From: an uncultured Bacteroidales bacterium
GTDB taxonomy: Bacteria > Bacteroidota > Bacteroidia > Bacteroidales > UBA3663
DNA: 64,000 nucleotides
Direction: 5' to 3'
Assembly (NCBI GenBank): GCA_937899265.1
Contig: CALBPV010000005.1
Span: 1,041 to 65,040, forward strand
Part shown: one piece after another, positions 18,214-26,539 of the stretch
Position numbering within the stretch: position 1 is the stretch's first letter
Layout: every line of letters begins with the position of its first letter
The notes under the pieces: generated by a model
Databases searched by the model: none
What the model was told of the DNA's origin: nothing
The model's input: the letters and a program-made list of their open reading frames with translations, nothing else
Position numbers and translations under genes: made by a program

Positions 18214-19995
18214 ATGAATATGAAAAATATTTTCTATAGTGTGAAGACGTGGTGCATGCTTTTCCTCATGGGAGGCGTGGCCTGCGGTTTGACTTCCTGC
18301 AACGACTTCTTCGAACCCCAAACGGACGATGCCCTCTCGGGCGATGACTACATGTCGTCCATCACCGAGATGGCTACAGGTTATCTCGGCATTCTCACCA
18401 AGATGCAGGCTGTCGGCGACAAGGAGATTTATCTCACCGACACTCGCGGCGAAATGCTGGAGCCCACCGACCAGTCCATCGCCGAACTCATTGCCCTCTA
18501 TAATTACGAAGACGATCTCACCGGCAATTCATACGCCGACCCCTCGGGCTACTACGATGTGGTTATCGCCTGCAACGACTACCTCCAGAACATGCTCGAC
18601 TTCAAGAAGAACTATCCCGAGATAGTGGCCGAGACAGACTACTTCGAAGGTCTCTTCGCCTCTGCCATCCGTGTCAAGGTCTGGGCCTACATGACTCTCG
18701 CCGAGATTTACGGACAGGCCCTCTGGTTCGACGACCCCATCACCTCTATCAAGGATGTCCGCGATGCAACCATCTTCACTCGTCTCACCACTGCGCAGAT
18801 TGTCTCTCGGTGCCTCTCCTTGCTCACCGGCGGATGGCAGGGCTACTCGGCGGCTGAGGACTTCTCATGGATTGCCTGGATCGACCCGTCCAACGTCAAT
18901 TCCATCGCCTCGTCTTCCTACCGCTATTGGGATCAGATGACTCCGCCCTACGATGCCCTGCTCGTCAAACTAACCCTTTGGGATGCCGCTTTCCAAGATG
19001 CTGCAGGCAACACCTCCGGAGCTCAGACCGACTACGAAACCGTGGCCGACCAGATTCTCAAGATGCTCAACGACAAGTTCATCTCCAACATCACTTACTG
19101 GAAGCGCGGCGCTCGTACCTCGGGCGTATATAGCAATATGTGGAACTACGCCTCCCCCAACCAGGAGGAGTCCGTCAGCGCCATTATCTACGACTACACC
19201 AAGAACCAGACAAACCGGCTGCTCTATCATTTCTCCAACGAATACCCCAACGCCTATCTGCTCACTTCCAGCGAGGTGGGACGAGCACGTTTCTCCGATA
19301 CCACCATTGACCCTCTCGGAACCTCCACCGAGGACAGCCGTCTGGGACGCACCACACGGGAGAACAGCTCGGTGTGGTATATCTCGAAATTCCGTCCCGT
19401 GGGCTCCACCGTGCGCGTTGAGGCCTACCAGGATGACGTGCATGTCTATACCTTCCGCGCAGCCGAACTTTATCTCTGGCTCGCCGAGGCTCTCAACCAC
19501 CTCGGCAGATACGACGCCCTCAACCACATCATCAACGAGGGTTTCAACTCCACCTGGTCCGACCTCTTCACCCAAATCGAAGAGGGCGACGAGACAGTGT
19601 CCGAGGCCAATCTGTTCCAGTGGAAGGGCTTTACAAGCTATTGGATTAACTCCAAGACCGGCGGCACCTACAACGGGTTCCGCAACTGCATGGGTGTGGG
19701 CAACGTTGCCATTTGGGACGAAACAACCCATACTGCTGCCGAGGCGCAGCGCCACAACGACGAACTGCTGGCCAACGAATGGATGTTCGAGTGCGCCTGC
19801 GAGGGAAAGGTATATCCCAACCTCATTCGTTTCGCCGAGCGCTACAACGACGCCTCCATCGTCTCCGACCGTGTGACGCCCAAGTACGCCACCTCCAAAA
19901 CCGGTGCAACCGAAGCCTCCGTTGCCACCAAAATTCAGAGCGTCAACACCAATTCCGGTGTAATGGGCTATTACGTGCCCTGGAACTTGTATTAA
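18214..19995 (+). CDS. SusD/RagB-family nutrient-binding lipoprotein (pair 2).
   Basis: The lipobox is 'CGLTSC'. It follows SusC and has a SusD-like helical core ('AAELYLWLAEALNHLGRY'). The track start 18202 is a TTG inside the heptamer repeat, so the ATGs at 18214 or 18220 are more likely. Confidence 0.8.
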   Translation: MNMKNIFYSVKTWCMLFLMGGVACGLTSCNDFFEPQTDDALSGDDYMSSITEMATGYLGILTKMQAVGDKEIYLTDTRGEMLEPTDQSIAELIALYNYEDDLTGNSYADPSGYYDVVIACNDYLQNMLDFKKNYPEIVAETDYFEGLFASAIRVKVWAYMTLAEIYGQALWFDDPITSIKDVRDATIFTRLTTAQIVSRCLSLLTGGWQGYSAAEDFSWIAWIDPSNVNSIASSSYRYWDQMTPPYDALLVKLTLWDAAFQDAAGNTSGAQTDYETVADQILKMLNDKFISNITYWKRGARTSGVYSNMWNYASPNQEESVSAIIYDYTKNQTNRLLYHFSNEYPNAYLLTSSEVGRARFSDTTIDPLGTSTEDSRLGRTTRENSSVWYISKFRPVGSTVRVEAYQDDVHVYTFRAAELYLWLAEALNHLGRYDALNHIINEGFNSTWSDLFTQIEEGDETVSEANLFQWKGFTSYWINSKTGGTYNGFRNCMGVGNVAIWDETTHTAAEAQRHNDELLANEWMFECACEGKVYPNLIRFAERYNDASIVSDRVTPKYATSKTGATEASVATKIQSVNTNSGVMGYYVPWNLY

Positions 19996-20001
19996 CCCTC
20001 T

Positions 20002-20028
20002 GTGCCTCGCGGTTCTGCCGCGGGGCAC
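20002..20028 (+). terminator. Strong GC hairpin downstream of SusD2, either an attenuator or an RNA-stabilising stem. It has no U-tract.
   Basis: GTGCCTCGCGG-ttctg-CCGCGGGGCAC forms an 11-bp stem with one G.U pair. It lies 7 nt after the stop at 19995. Confidence 0.4.
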
Positions 20029-20073
20029 CCATCGAGAAAACAAATATAGAAACCTAATACATTTTAAATTTAA

Positions 20074-22767
20074 ATGCGTATGAAGAAAACTTTACTGCTT
20101 TTGACAGCTGCCCTTCTGGGCTCTGCCGCTGTCAATGCTCAGGTTAAAAAATCCTGGGATTTCACCAAAGGTCTTAGCGACGAGACGATTGCCAACCTCA
20201 ATGCCGACAATGCCAATTGGGCTTCGAACGGTACCGATGCCGAAGGCAATACCAACAATTGGCAGAATTCCACCAAGCCTTCCACCACCGAGTATCTGAA
20301 GGCCAACGGACAGGTGATTCCCGAATTGGAAGGTCTGTTGTTCGACATCGGTAGCAACAAAGCCAATTCCATCCATGTCGCCACAACCAAACTGCGTCTC
20401 ACACGCAAGAACACAAAAATCACCTTCCCCAAACTGGCCAACGGACAGAAGGTGACCATCGTGGGGCGCTCAGCCAACGGAACCGCCACTAACCGCGGTA
20501 TTGCACCCGTGCAGGACTATCTGAAACTGGTAGAAGGTGAAACAACAGGCGGTGCCTGCATCTTCGTGGGCAACGGCGTGGACGGTTCGCTCGGCACATA
20601 TTCCTTCACCTGGGAGGTGCAGACCGATGCCACCGACTCCGTGGATGTCGCTTTCACGCTGACACCCGATGGAGGTATCGACTTTACGCTCTTCCAGATT
20701 GACAACGGCGACGTTCCCGCCATTGAGGAAGATCCCAACGTAGTCTATATCTACAGCGGTGACATCGATGAGGATGCCTTCCGCCAGTATGCCGGCCTCG
20801 ACGACTATTCCACCGTCACCAATATCCCCGTGAGCGAACTGCTCGACGGCACGGTTACTCCCGACAGCCTGATGACATACGATGTGGCTATTCTCGCCAA
20901 GTCGGGCTTCGAAGTGGAAGGGGCTGTCGATTTCCTGAAGGAAGGCCTCAACTATGTGCCCATGCTCAACCTCTGGCCTGCCGAAGCCCTCGGCTACATC
21001 CCTGCCAATGTTGCTACGCCCATCCTGACCGTCGGTGAGGACTATCTCGATGCCGACATTTTCGCCGAACTTGAGATGGGTGGTGACAACGGCGACGAAC
21101 TCGTTATGTTCAACGGCGAATCGGGCGTTCTGGGCTACACGCTCGCCGAAGGTTCCGAATTTGCCGATGACGAAGTTTACGCCAAGGCCGGCGAAGCCGA
21201 TGCCATCCATCTGCACGCCAAGCGCAATACCTACATGCTCCTCCCCATTGATCCCGAACAGATGCTCGCCGACGGCGACCTCAACATGACGGATGCCGGT
21301 ATCGCTCTCGTCAGCAATGCCGTCAAGTATCTCCGCTCCACCAAGGTCAATGTGGTCGATGCTCCCAAGCCCGCCGTCTCCTATCTCTACGAGGACGGCA
21401 AGACCACCGTCACTCTCTCCAGCAACCTGGCCGGAGCCAAGATTTACTACACCGTTGACGGCACACGTCCCACGGTGGAGAACAGCCCCGTCTATAAGGA
21501 GCCCCTCGTCTTCACCGAACCCGCCACTCTCATGGCCAAGGTGAAGGCTCCCTCATATAACTCCTCCCCCGTCATTGAGGAACAGGTCATTGTCAAGACC
21601 CAACTCGGCACTCCCTCCATTTCTGTAGCCCAGGGCGAGGGTTCCAGCACCATCACGCTCTCCTCTTCGTCGGCTGATGCCAGCCTCTACTACAGCTTCA
21701 ACGGACAGAAGCAGGCCGACCGTGCCACGCTCTACAGCGAGCCCATCGTCATCACCGAACCCGGCACCATTACCGCCTTCGCATACGCCGACGGCTATCT
21801 CACTTCCGAAGTCGCTGTTTCCGATGTCTTTGTAGCCGGTATTCCCGCCGTCAAGGACACCTTGGCTCACTTCAATGCCGGCACAACCGACTGGTTCGAC
21901 AACGCCCTTCTCTACGACGCCGAGGGCAACGAGATTCCCACGCCCACAGAGAACTGGACAGCCAAGACAGCCTACTACTTCGGCAAGAACGCTTGGGAAT
22001 ACTATTCCACCGAGGTGGATCGCGTAGAAACCGTAACCGATGCCGAGGGCAATGTGATTAAGTCACAGATTCCCGGCCAGGAAAATCGGGATTCCACTGT
22101 CACATACTACAAGCCCGACCCCGCAGCCTTCCGCTCCATCAAGTCGGCCACCGACACAAAGTGGGTCATCTCTACGCAAGGACAGCTGCTCACCGGCGAG
22201 ACCAACATTGACCAACTCGGCTACGTCAAGACTGAGGGCGCCAGCGATGGACGCTATCATGACGAGGCCATCGACCTCATAGGCGGTCCCGCCACCAAGG
22301 GCTGTCTCACCATGGGCGGCAAGAACAGCGGCAATCCTTACACCGCTGCTGTTACCACCCTCGACAAGTATGCTGCTCCCTTCGACGTGGTCGTTTATGC
22401 CAATCAGGGCAACAGCGACGGAGCCACCGTCAACGTCGAGATTCAGGTTTCTGCCGACGGCGAGACTTGGACATCCATCGGCGATGTGAAGATGGCCTAC
22501 ACCATGCGCCACATCAAGAAGACCCGCCTCCACTACAGCACTGCCGGCGAGGTATATGTTCGTCTCGCTCAGGTGGGCGGCAAACCCAAGGCTCAGATTT
22601 GCGACATCTACGTCATCTCTACCGACGGCCTGACCGGCATTCGCGCCATCGAGGAGACCGCTCCTGTCCGCAAGAGCGATGTCATCTACAACATCCTCGG
22701 CCAGAAGGTCGGCAAGGACTACAAGGGTCTCATCATCCGGGACGGCAAGAAGATTATCAACAAATAA
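20074..22767 (+). CDS. T9SS-secreted protein of unknown function, with two chitobiase/FN3-like (CHB_HEX_C-type) domains and a C-terminal sorting domain.
   Basis: The signal peptide ends 'SAAVNAQ'. The repeats 'AKIYYTVDGTRPTVENSPVYKEPLVF' and 'ASLYYSFNGQKQADRATLYSEPIVI' are typical of the chitobiase C-terminal/FN3-associated fold. The C-terminus 'DVIYNILGQKVGKDYKGLIIRDGKKIINK' fits a T9SS CTD. No catalytic domain was recognised. Confidence 0.7.
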   Translation: MRMKKTLLLLTAALLGSAAVNAQVKKSWDFTKGLSDETIANLNADNANWASNGTDAEGNTNNWQNSTKPSTTEYLKANGQVIPELEGLLFDIGSNKANSIHVATTKLRLTRKNTKITFPKLANGQKVTIVGRSANGTATNRGIAPVQDYLKLVEGETTGGACIFVGNGVDGSLGTYSFTWEVQTDATDSVDVAFTLTPDGGIDFTLFQIDNGDVPAIEEDPNVVYIYSGDIDEDAFRQYAGLDDYSTVTNIPVSELLDGTVTPDSLMTYDVAILAKSGFEVEGAVDFLKEGLNYVPMLNLWPAEALGYIPANVATPILTVGEDYLDADIFAELEMGGDNGDELVMFNGESGVLGYTLAEGSEFADDEVYAKAGEADAIHLHAKRNTYMLLPIDPEQMLADGDLNMTDAGIALVSNAVKYLRSTKVNVVDAPKPAVSYLYEDGKTTVTLSSNLAGAKIYYTVDGTRPTVENSPVYKEPLVFTEPATLMAKVKAPSYNSSPVIEEQVIVKTQLGTPSISVAQGEGSSTITLSSSSADASLYYSFNGQKQADRATLYSEPIVITEPGTITAFAYADGYLTSEVAVSDVFVAGIPAVKDTLAHFNAGTTDWFDNALLYDAEGNEIPTPTENWTAKTAYYFGKNAWEYYSTEVDRVETVTDAEGNVIKSQIPGQENRDSTVTYYKPDPAAFRSIKSATDTKWVISTQGQLLTGETNIDQLGYVKTEGASDGRYHDEAIDLIGGPATKGCLTMGGKNSGNPYTAAVTTLDKYAAPFDVVVYANQGNSDGATVNVEIQVSADGETWTSIGDVKMAYTMRHIKKTRLHYSTAGEVYVRLAQVGGKPKAQICDIYVISTDGLTGIRAIEETAPVRKSDVIYNILGQKVGKDYKGLIIRDGKKIINK

Positions 22768-22797
22768 TCCAACCCCTCCCCCCTTTTATACAATTCA

Positions 22798-22833
22798 CCC
22801 CGGGTCATCCGCAAGGACGGCTCGGGGTTTCTT
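22798..22833 (+). terminator. Rho-independent terminator of the PUL transcript.
   Basis: CCCCGGGTCATCC-GCAA-GGACGGCTCGGGG forms a 13-bp stem with one mismatch, two G.U pairs and a GNRA loop, followed by TTTCTT. It starts 31 nt after the stop at 22767. Confidence 0.65.
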
Positions 22834-22873
22834 ATGGTTGGAGTTCAGCCCGGGGTGGCTGTTCGTTTGCAAT

Positions 22874-24154
22874 TCAATAGGCGAAGAGGGGATAGTTCTT
22901 CATCTTCTCGTTGACGCGGGCACGAACCTTGGCGATTACAGTTTCGTCCTCGGGACTGTTGAGCACTTCTTCTATCATCTCTGCAATTTCGACCATGAGG
23001 TCTTCCTTGGCACCTCGCGTGGTGATGGCGGGCGTACCGAGACGGATGCCTGAGGTCTGGAAAGCAGAACGCGTGTCGAAGGGAACCATGTTCTTGTTGC
23101 AGGTGATATCGGCGGCAACCAAAGCGGTCTCGGCCACCTTGCCGGTCAGTTCGGGATACTTGAGCCGGAGGTCAACGAGCATGGAGTGGTTGTCTGTGCC
23201 GCCGGAAACAATCTTGAATCCGCGCTTTACCAGTTCCTCGGCCAAAACGGCAGCATTCTTCTTCACCTGGGTCTGATACTCCTTGAACTCGGGTTTCAAA
23301 GCCTCGCCGAAAGCCACAGCCTTGGCTGCAATGACATGTTCGAGAGGGCCGCCCTGTGTGCCGGGGAAGACACTGGAGTCGAGACAGGCCGACATCATCT
23401 TGACTACTCCCTTGGGAGTCTTGATGCCCTTGGGATTGGGGAAATCCTGACCCATCATAATCACGCCGCCTCGGGGACCGCGCAGCGTCTTGTGGGTCGT
23501 GGAGGTCACGATGTGGGCATACTTCACGGGATTGTCGAGCAAACCGGCTGCAATCAGACCGGCAGGGTGAGCCATGTCAATCATGAGAAGGGCACCCACC
23601 TCGTCGGCAATCTTGCGCATACGGGCATAGTCCCACTCACGGGAATAGGCCGAGCCGCCGCCGATGATGAGCTTGGGCTTGTTCTCCTTGGCCAGACGCT
23701 CCATCTCGTCATAATCGACACGTCCGGTCTCCTCATTGAGGTTGTAGGCAACGGGACGGTAAAGCAGGCCGGAAGAGTTGACTGCAGAGCCGTGCGAAAG
23801 ATGACCGCCGTGGGCGAGGTTCAGACCCATGAAGGTATCTCCGGGGTCGAGCACGGCAGCCAGTACGGCCTGATTGGCCTGGGCTCCCGAGTGGGGCTGT
23901 ACGTTGGCCCAGCAGGCTCCGAAGAGCTCCTTGAGCCGTTCGATGGCCAATGTCTCGATTTTATCGACCACCTGGCAACCGCCGTAGTAACGATGGCCGG
24001 AATATCCCTCGGCGTATTTGTTGGTGAGCACTGAACCCATTGCCTCCATCACCTCGTCCGATACGAAGTTCTCTGACGCAATCAGTTCGATACCTTTCAT
24101 TTGGCGCTGACGTTCCTCGTCGATATAGCCAAATACAAGTGAATCTTTTTCCAT
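22874..24154 (-). CDS. glyA: Serine hydroxymethyltransferase.
   Basis: The full-length match of hallmark motifs includes '[11 protein letters not shown]', '[14 protein letters not shown]' and the PLP-lysine segment '[14 protein letters not shown]'. Confidence 0.97.
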   Translation of the reverse strand: MEKDSLVFGYIDEERQRQMKGIELIASENFVSDEVMEAMGSVLTNKYAEGYSGHRYYGGCQVVDKIETLAIERLKELFGACWANVQPHSGAQANQAVLAAVLDPGDTFMGLNLAHGGHLSHGSAVNSSGLLYRPVAYNLNEETGRVDYDEMERLAKENKPKLIIGGGSAYSREWDYARMRKIADEVGALLMIDMAHPAGLIAAGLLDNPVKYAHIVTSTTHKTLRGPRGGVIMMGQDFPNPKGIKTPKGVVKMMSACLDSSVFPGTQGGPLEHVIAAKAVAFGEALKPEFKEYQTQVKKNAAVLAEELVKRGFKIVSGGTDNHSMLVDLRLKYPELTGKVAETALVAADITCNKNMVPFDTRSAFQTSGIRLGTPAITTRGAKEDLMVEIAEMIEEVLNSPEDETVIAKVRARVNEKMKNYPLFAY

Positions 24155-24193
24155 TTTGTTTGATACAGTTGTTATGTTGTTATGTGAATCTTT

Positions 24194-25027
24194 CTATTCG
24201 TCCTGACCGATGATGACTGCCATTCCGACGCGAACCAGCGTCTTGAGGCTGTCAAGGTTCTCGTTGCGGAGACGGATGCATCCCTCTGTGGCCCGTGTTC
24301 CGATGCTCCCGGGGTCATGCGTTCCGTGAATGCCTATTCCGCTGAATCCTGTGCGCAGACGGATGAACCAGTTGCCGTAAGCGTAGGGGATATATCCTTT
24401 CCCGTCGCCGAAATCGTGGCCCCATGTCTCGGACGGCTGAATCTGCTGGATGGTGAACGACCCCTCTGGAGTGCGATTGTCGCCCTTGCGTTTCTTGTTG
24501 CCTTTGTTGCGGGCGGCAGCGCACCGGTAGCTCACCACTTGACTGCCCTGCGCGTCATAGAGCGTGAGGGTCAGCTCCTTCTTGTTGATATAGATGAGTC
24601 CTTGGGACCAGTCGGGATTGAATCTCTTGACATCCGCCTGCACCTCAGCCGGCAGAAGAGCCAAATTCTCGGGAGTTGTTCCGCCTCGGGTGACCTTCGG
24701 TTTCTCCGGCGCGGGTCGGGTTTTCGGCTTGGCGGGAACGGCAGGCTTCGGTTCAGGTTCAGGAATCTGCACCCTGTGCAATGCCCCTACAGGCACCTCG
24801 GGGAGTTCCGGAAGCAAAAAGAACGGGTCATTGCTTAAATCCAACGTCGGACGGGGAATACGCAAAGGAACATTGGCCGGCTTCACCTCAACGGGTTTCG
24901 ATGGGGCAGACACAGTGTAGCTGAAACGTCTCTCCCCCGAATCGGTCCATATATCGGCATGGAGAAGAGCGGGAAATGCTGCAAACCAAAGGGCTGCCAA
25001 CAGCCTGTGATTCTTTCCTTTCATCAT
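24194..25027 (-). CDS. L,D-transpeptidase (YkuD-domain) family protein with a Pro/Lys-rich linker.
   Basis: It has a signal peptide and the catalytic motif 'GIGIHGTHDPGSIGTRATEGCIRLRNENL' (His...Cys-x-Arg). Confidence 0.85.
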   Translation of the reverse strand: MMKGKNHRLLAALWFAAFPALLHADIWTDSGERRFSYTVSAPSKPVEVKPANVPLRIPRPTLDLSNDPFFLLPELPEVPVGALHRVQIPEPEPKPAVPAKPKTRPAPEKPKVTRGGTTPENLALLPAEVQADVKRFNPDWSQGLIYINKKELTLTLYDAQGSQVVSYRCAAARNKGNKKRKGDNRTPEGSFTIQQIQPSETWGHDFGDGKGYIPYAYGNWFIRLRTGFSGIGIHGTHDPGSIGTRATEGCIRLRNENLDSLKTLVRVGMAVIIGQDE

Positions 25028-25038
25028 AATTCAGGATG

Positions 25039-25046
25039 CAAATATA
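25039..25046 (-). promoter_or_regulatory. Candidate Bacteroidota -7 promoter box (TATATTTG on the - strand) for the L,D-transpeptidase/glyA unit.
   Basis: The + strand CAAATATA is the reverse complement of TAnnTTTG. It lies only 12 nt from the start codon, which implies a very short leader. Confidence 0.4.
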
Positions 25047-25141
25047 AGACAAAAAAAATAAAAACGGGCTGAAATCGGGCAAAAAATGCGAGGTTTGCAT
25101 AAATTCTCGGAATTTATAGCCGTTTTGTCAGATAAAAATGC

Positions 25142-25149
25142 TATCTTTG
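25142..25149 (+). promoter_or_regulatory. Bacteroidota -7 promoter box TATCTTTG for the helicase-mfd unit.
   Basis: The context is 'GCTATCTTTGCAGCC', a perfect TAnnTTTG, 17 nt upstream of the ATG at 25166. Confidence 0.7.
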
Positions 25150-25165
25150 CAGCCCGATTGATGAA

Positions 25166-26539
25166 ATGAAAAACAAAGAAACAATAATTTTGAACAACGA
25201 CATAGTGAATCGGACGCTTCAGGCAACGGGATTCCCGAAGCTCAACGATATGCAAAAGCAAATGCTCGAAACAGCCGTTTCGGGCCCAGACTGTTTACTG
25301 CTCTCCCCCACCGGCAGCGGCAAGACATTGGCATTTCTGCTCCCGCTGTGGCAAATGATAGAGACCCGTCCCGAGACGGAACGCATCCTGGTGGTCGTTC
25401 CTGCCCGCGAGTTGGCCGAACAGATTGCCGATGTGTGGCAGCGTCTCCATACCGACCGCAGGGTGATTTGTTGCTACGGCGGTCACGACCTCCGCACAGA
25501 GGCCCGCGACCTGGACAGCCCGCCGGCCTGGTCCCTGCTTGTGGGCACGCCCGGACGACTGCTCGACCACGCGGAGCGCGGACACTTCAGTCCGGAAGCC
25601 ATCACCCGGCTGGTGCTCGACGAATACGACAAAATCTTGGAACTCGGCTTCGAGGAAGAGATGAAAGCCCTCGTCGGGAAACTCTCTTCCGTCCGGCAGC
25701 GCATTCTCACTTCCGCCACCCACAATATGCCCATCGCCCCTTGGCTGGGCATGAAGAACTGGAAGCAAATCGAATACGGGATGCGCGACACCGACAGCGA
25801 AGCTCCCGACACCGTCCGTCCCAAGTTCACCTTCCGCCTCGTCAAAAGCCCGGTGGCAGACAAACTCGAGACTCTCCGGGACCTGCTCTGCACCCTGGAA
25901 GACGGAGCCAAGGCCATCGTCTTCAGCAACTATCGCGAGAGTTCCGAGCGTATCGCCCATTTCCTGACAGACCACGGCATCGCCTGTGCTCTCTATCACG
26001 GAGGACTCGAACAGCCCCAGCGCGACAAGGCGATGATAAGGTTCCGCAACCAAAGCATCCGGGTGCTCGTCTCGACCGATTTGGCCTCGCGCGGCCTCGA
26101 CATTCCCGAGGTGGATTACATCATCCACTATCATCTTCCCTCCAGCGAGGAAGCATATACCCACCGCAACGGACGTACCGCCCGTGCCGGTGCCGAGGGC
26201 AGTGTCTGCTTCATTCTCGGACCGGACGAAGAGCTCCCCGCCTATGTGGACGAAAAGCCCATTTGGTTCAATCTCCGTCCCCGCAAGTGGCAGGGAGCCG
26301 AATGGGAAACCATCTATATCGGACGCGGCAAACGCGAGAAAATCTCACGCGCAGACGTGCTGGGATTCTTCACCCGCAACGGTGGCATCGACGGCAGCAT
26401 GATAGGCCGCATCGATGTACTCGACCACTGCGCTTTCTGCGCCATGCGGGCCGAGGTGGCCGACGAAGTGCTGTCCAAGGTGCGCGGCCTCAAAATCAAA
26501 GGCGAAAAGACACACTACCTCAAAATCACCGAAAGCTGA
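25166..26539 (+). CDS. DEAD-box ATP-dependent RNA helicase with a DbpA-type C-terminal RNA-binding domain.
   Basis: Motifs present: I 'SPTGSGKTLAF', II 'VLDEYD' (a DEYD variant), III 'SAT' and VI 'HRNGRTARAG'. The C-terminal 'IYIGRGKREKISRADVLGFF' is DbpA-like. Confidence 0.9.
   Translation: MKNKETIILNNDIVNRTLQATGFPKLNDMQKQMLETAVSGPDCLLLSPTGSGKTLAFLLPLWQMIETRPETERILVVVPARELAEQIADVWQRLHTDRRVICCYGGHDLRTEARDLDSPPAWSLLVGTPGRLLDHAERGHFSPEAITRLVLDEYDKILELGFEEEMKALVGKLSSVRQRILTSATHNMPIAPWLGMKNWKQIEYGMRDTDSEAPDTVRPKFTFRLVKSPVADKLETLRDLLCTLEDGAKAIVFSNYRESSERIAHFLTDHGIACALYHGGLEQPQRDKAMIRFRNQSIRVLVSTDLASRGLDIPEVDYIIHYHLPSSEEAYTHRNGRTARAGAEGSVCFILGPDEELPAYVDEKPIWFNLRPRKWQGAEWETIYIGRGKREKISRADVLGFFTRNGGIDGSMIGRIDVLDHCAFCAMRAEVADEVLSKVRGLKIKGEKTHYLKITES

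Noticed and set aside
22834-22873. Possible terminator hairpin for glyA (CAGCC-accccg-GGCTG on the - strand).
   Set aside because: The stem is only 5 bp and there is no U-tract. The adjacent + strand terminator hairpin (22798-22827) may serve both directions. The evidence is insufficient to call it separately.
25348-26538. N-terminal ~397 codons of the 1546-aa track ORF that continues into mfd.
   Set aside because: This part overlaps the DEAD-box helicase in another frame, and its translation is Arg/Pro-rich nonsense. The genuine mfd start is the ATG at 26539, directly at the helicase stop.
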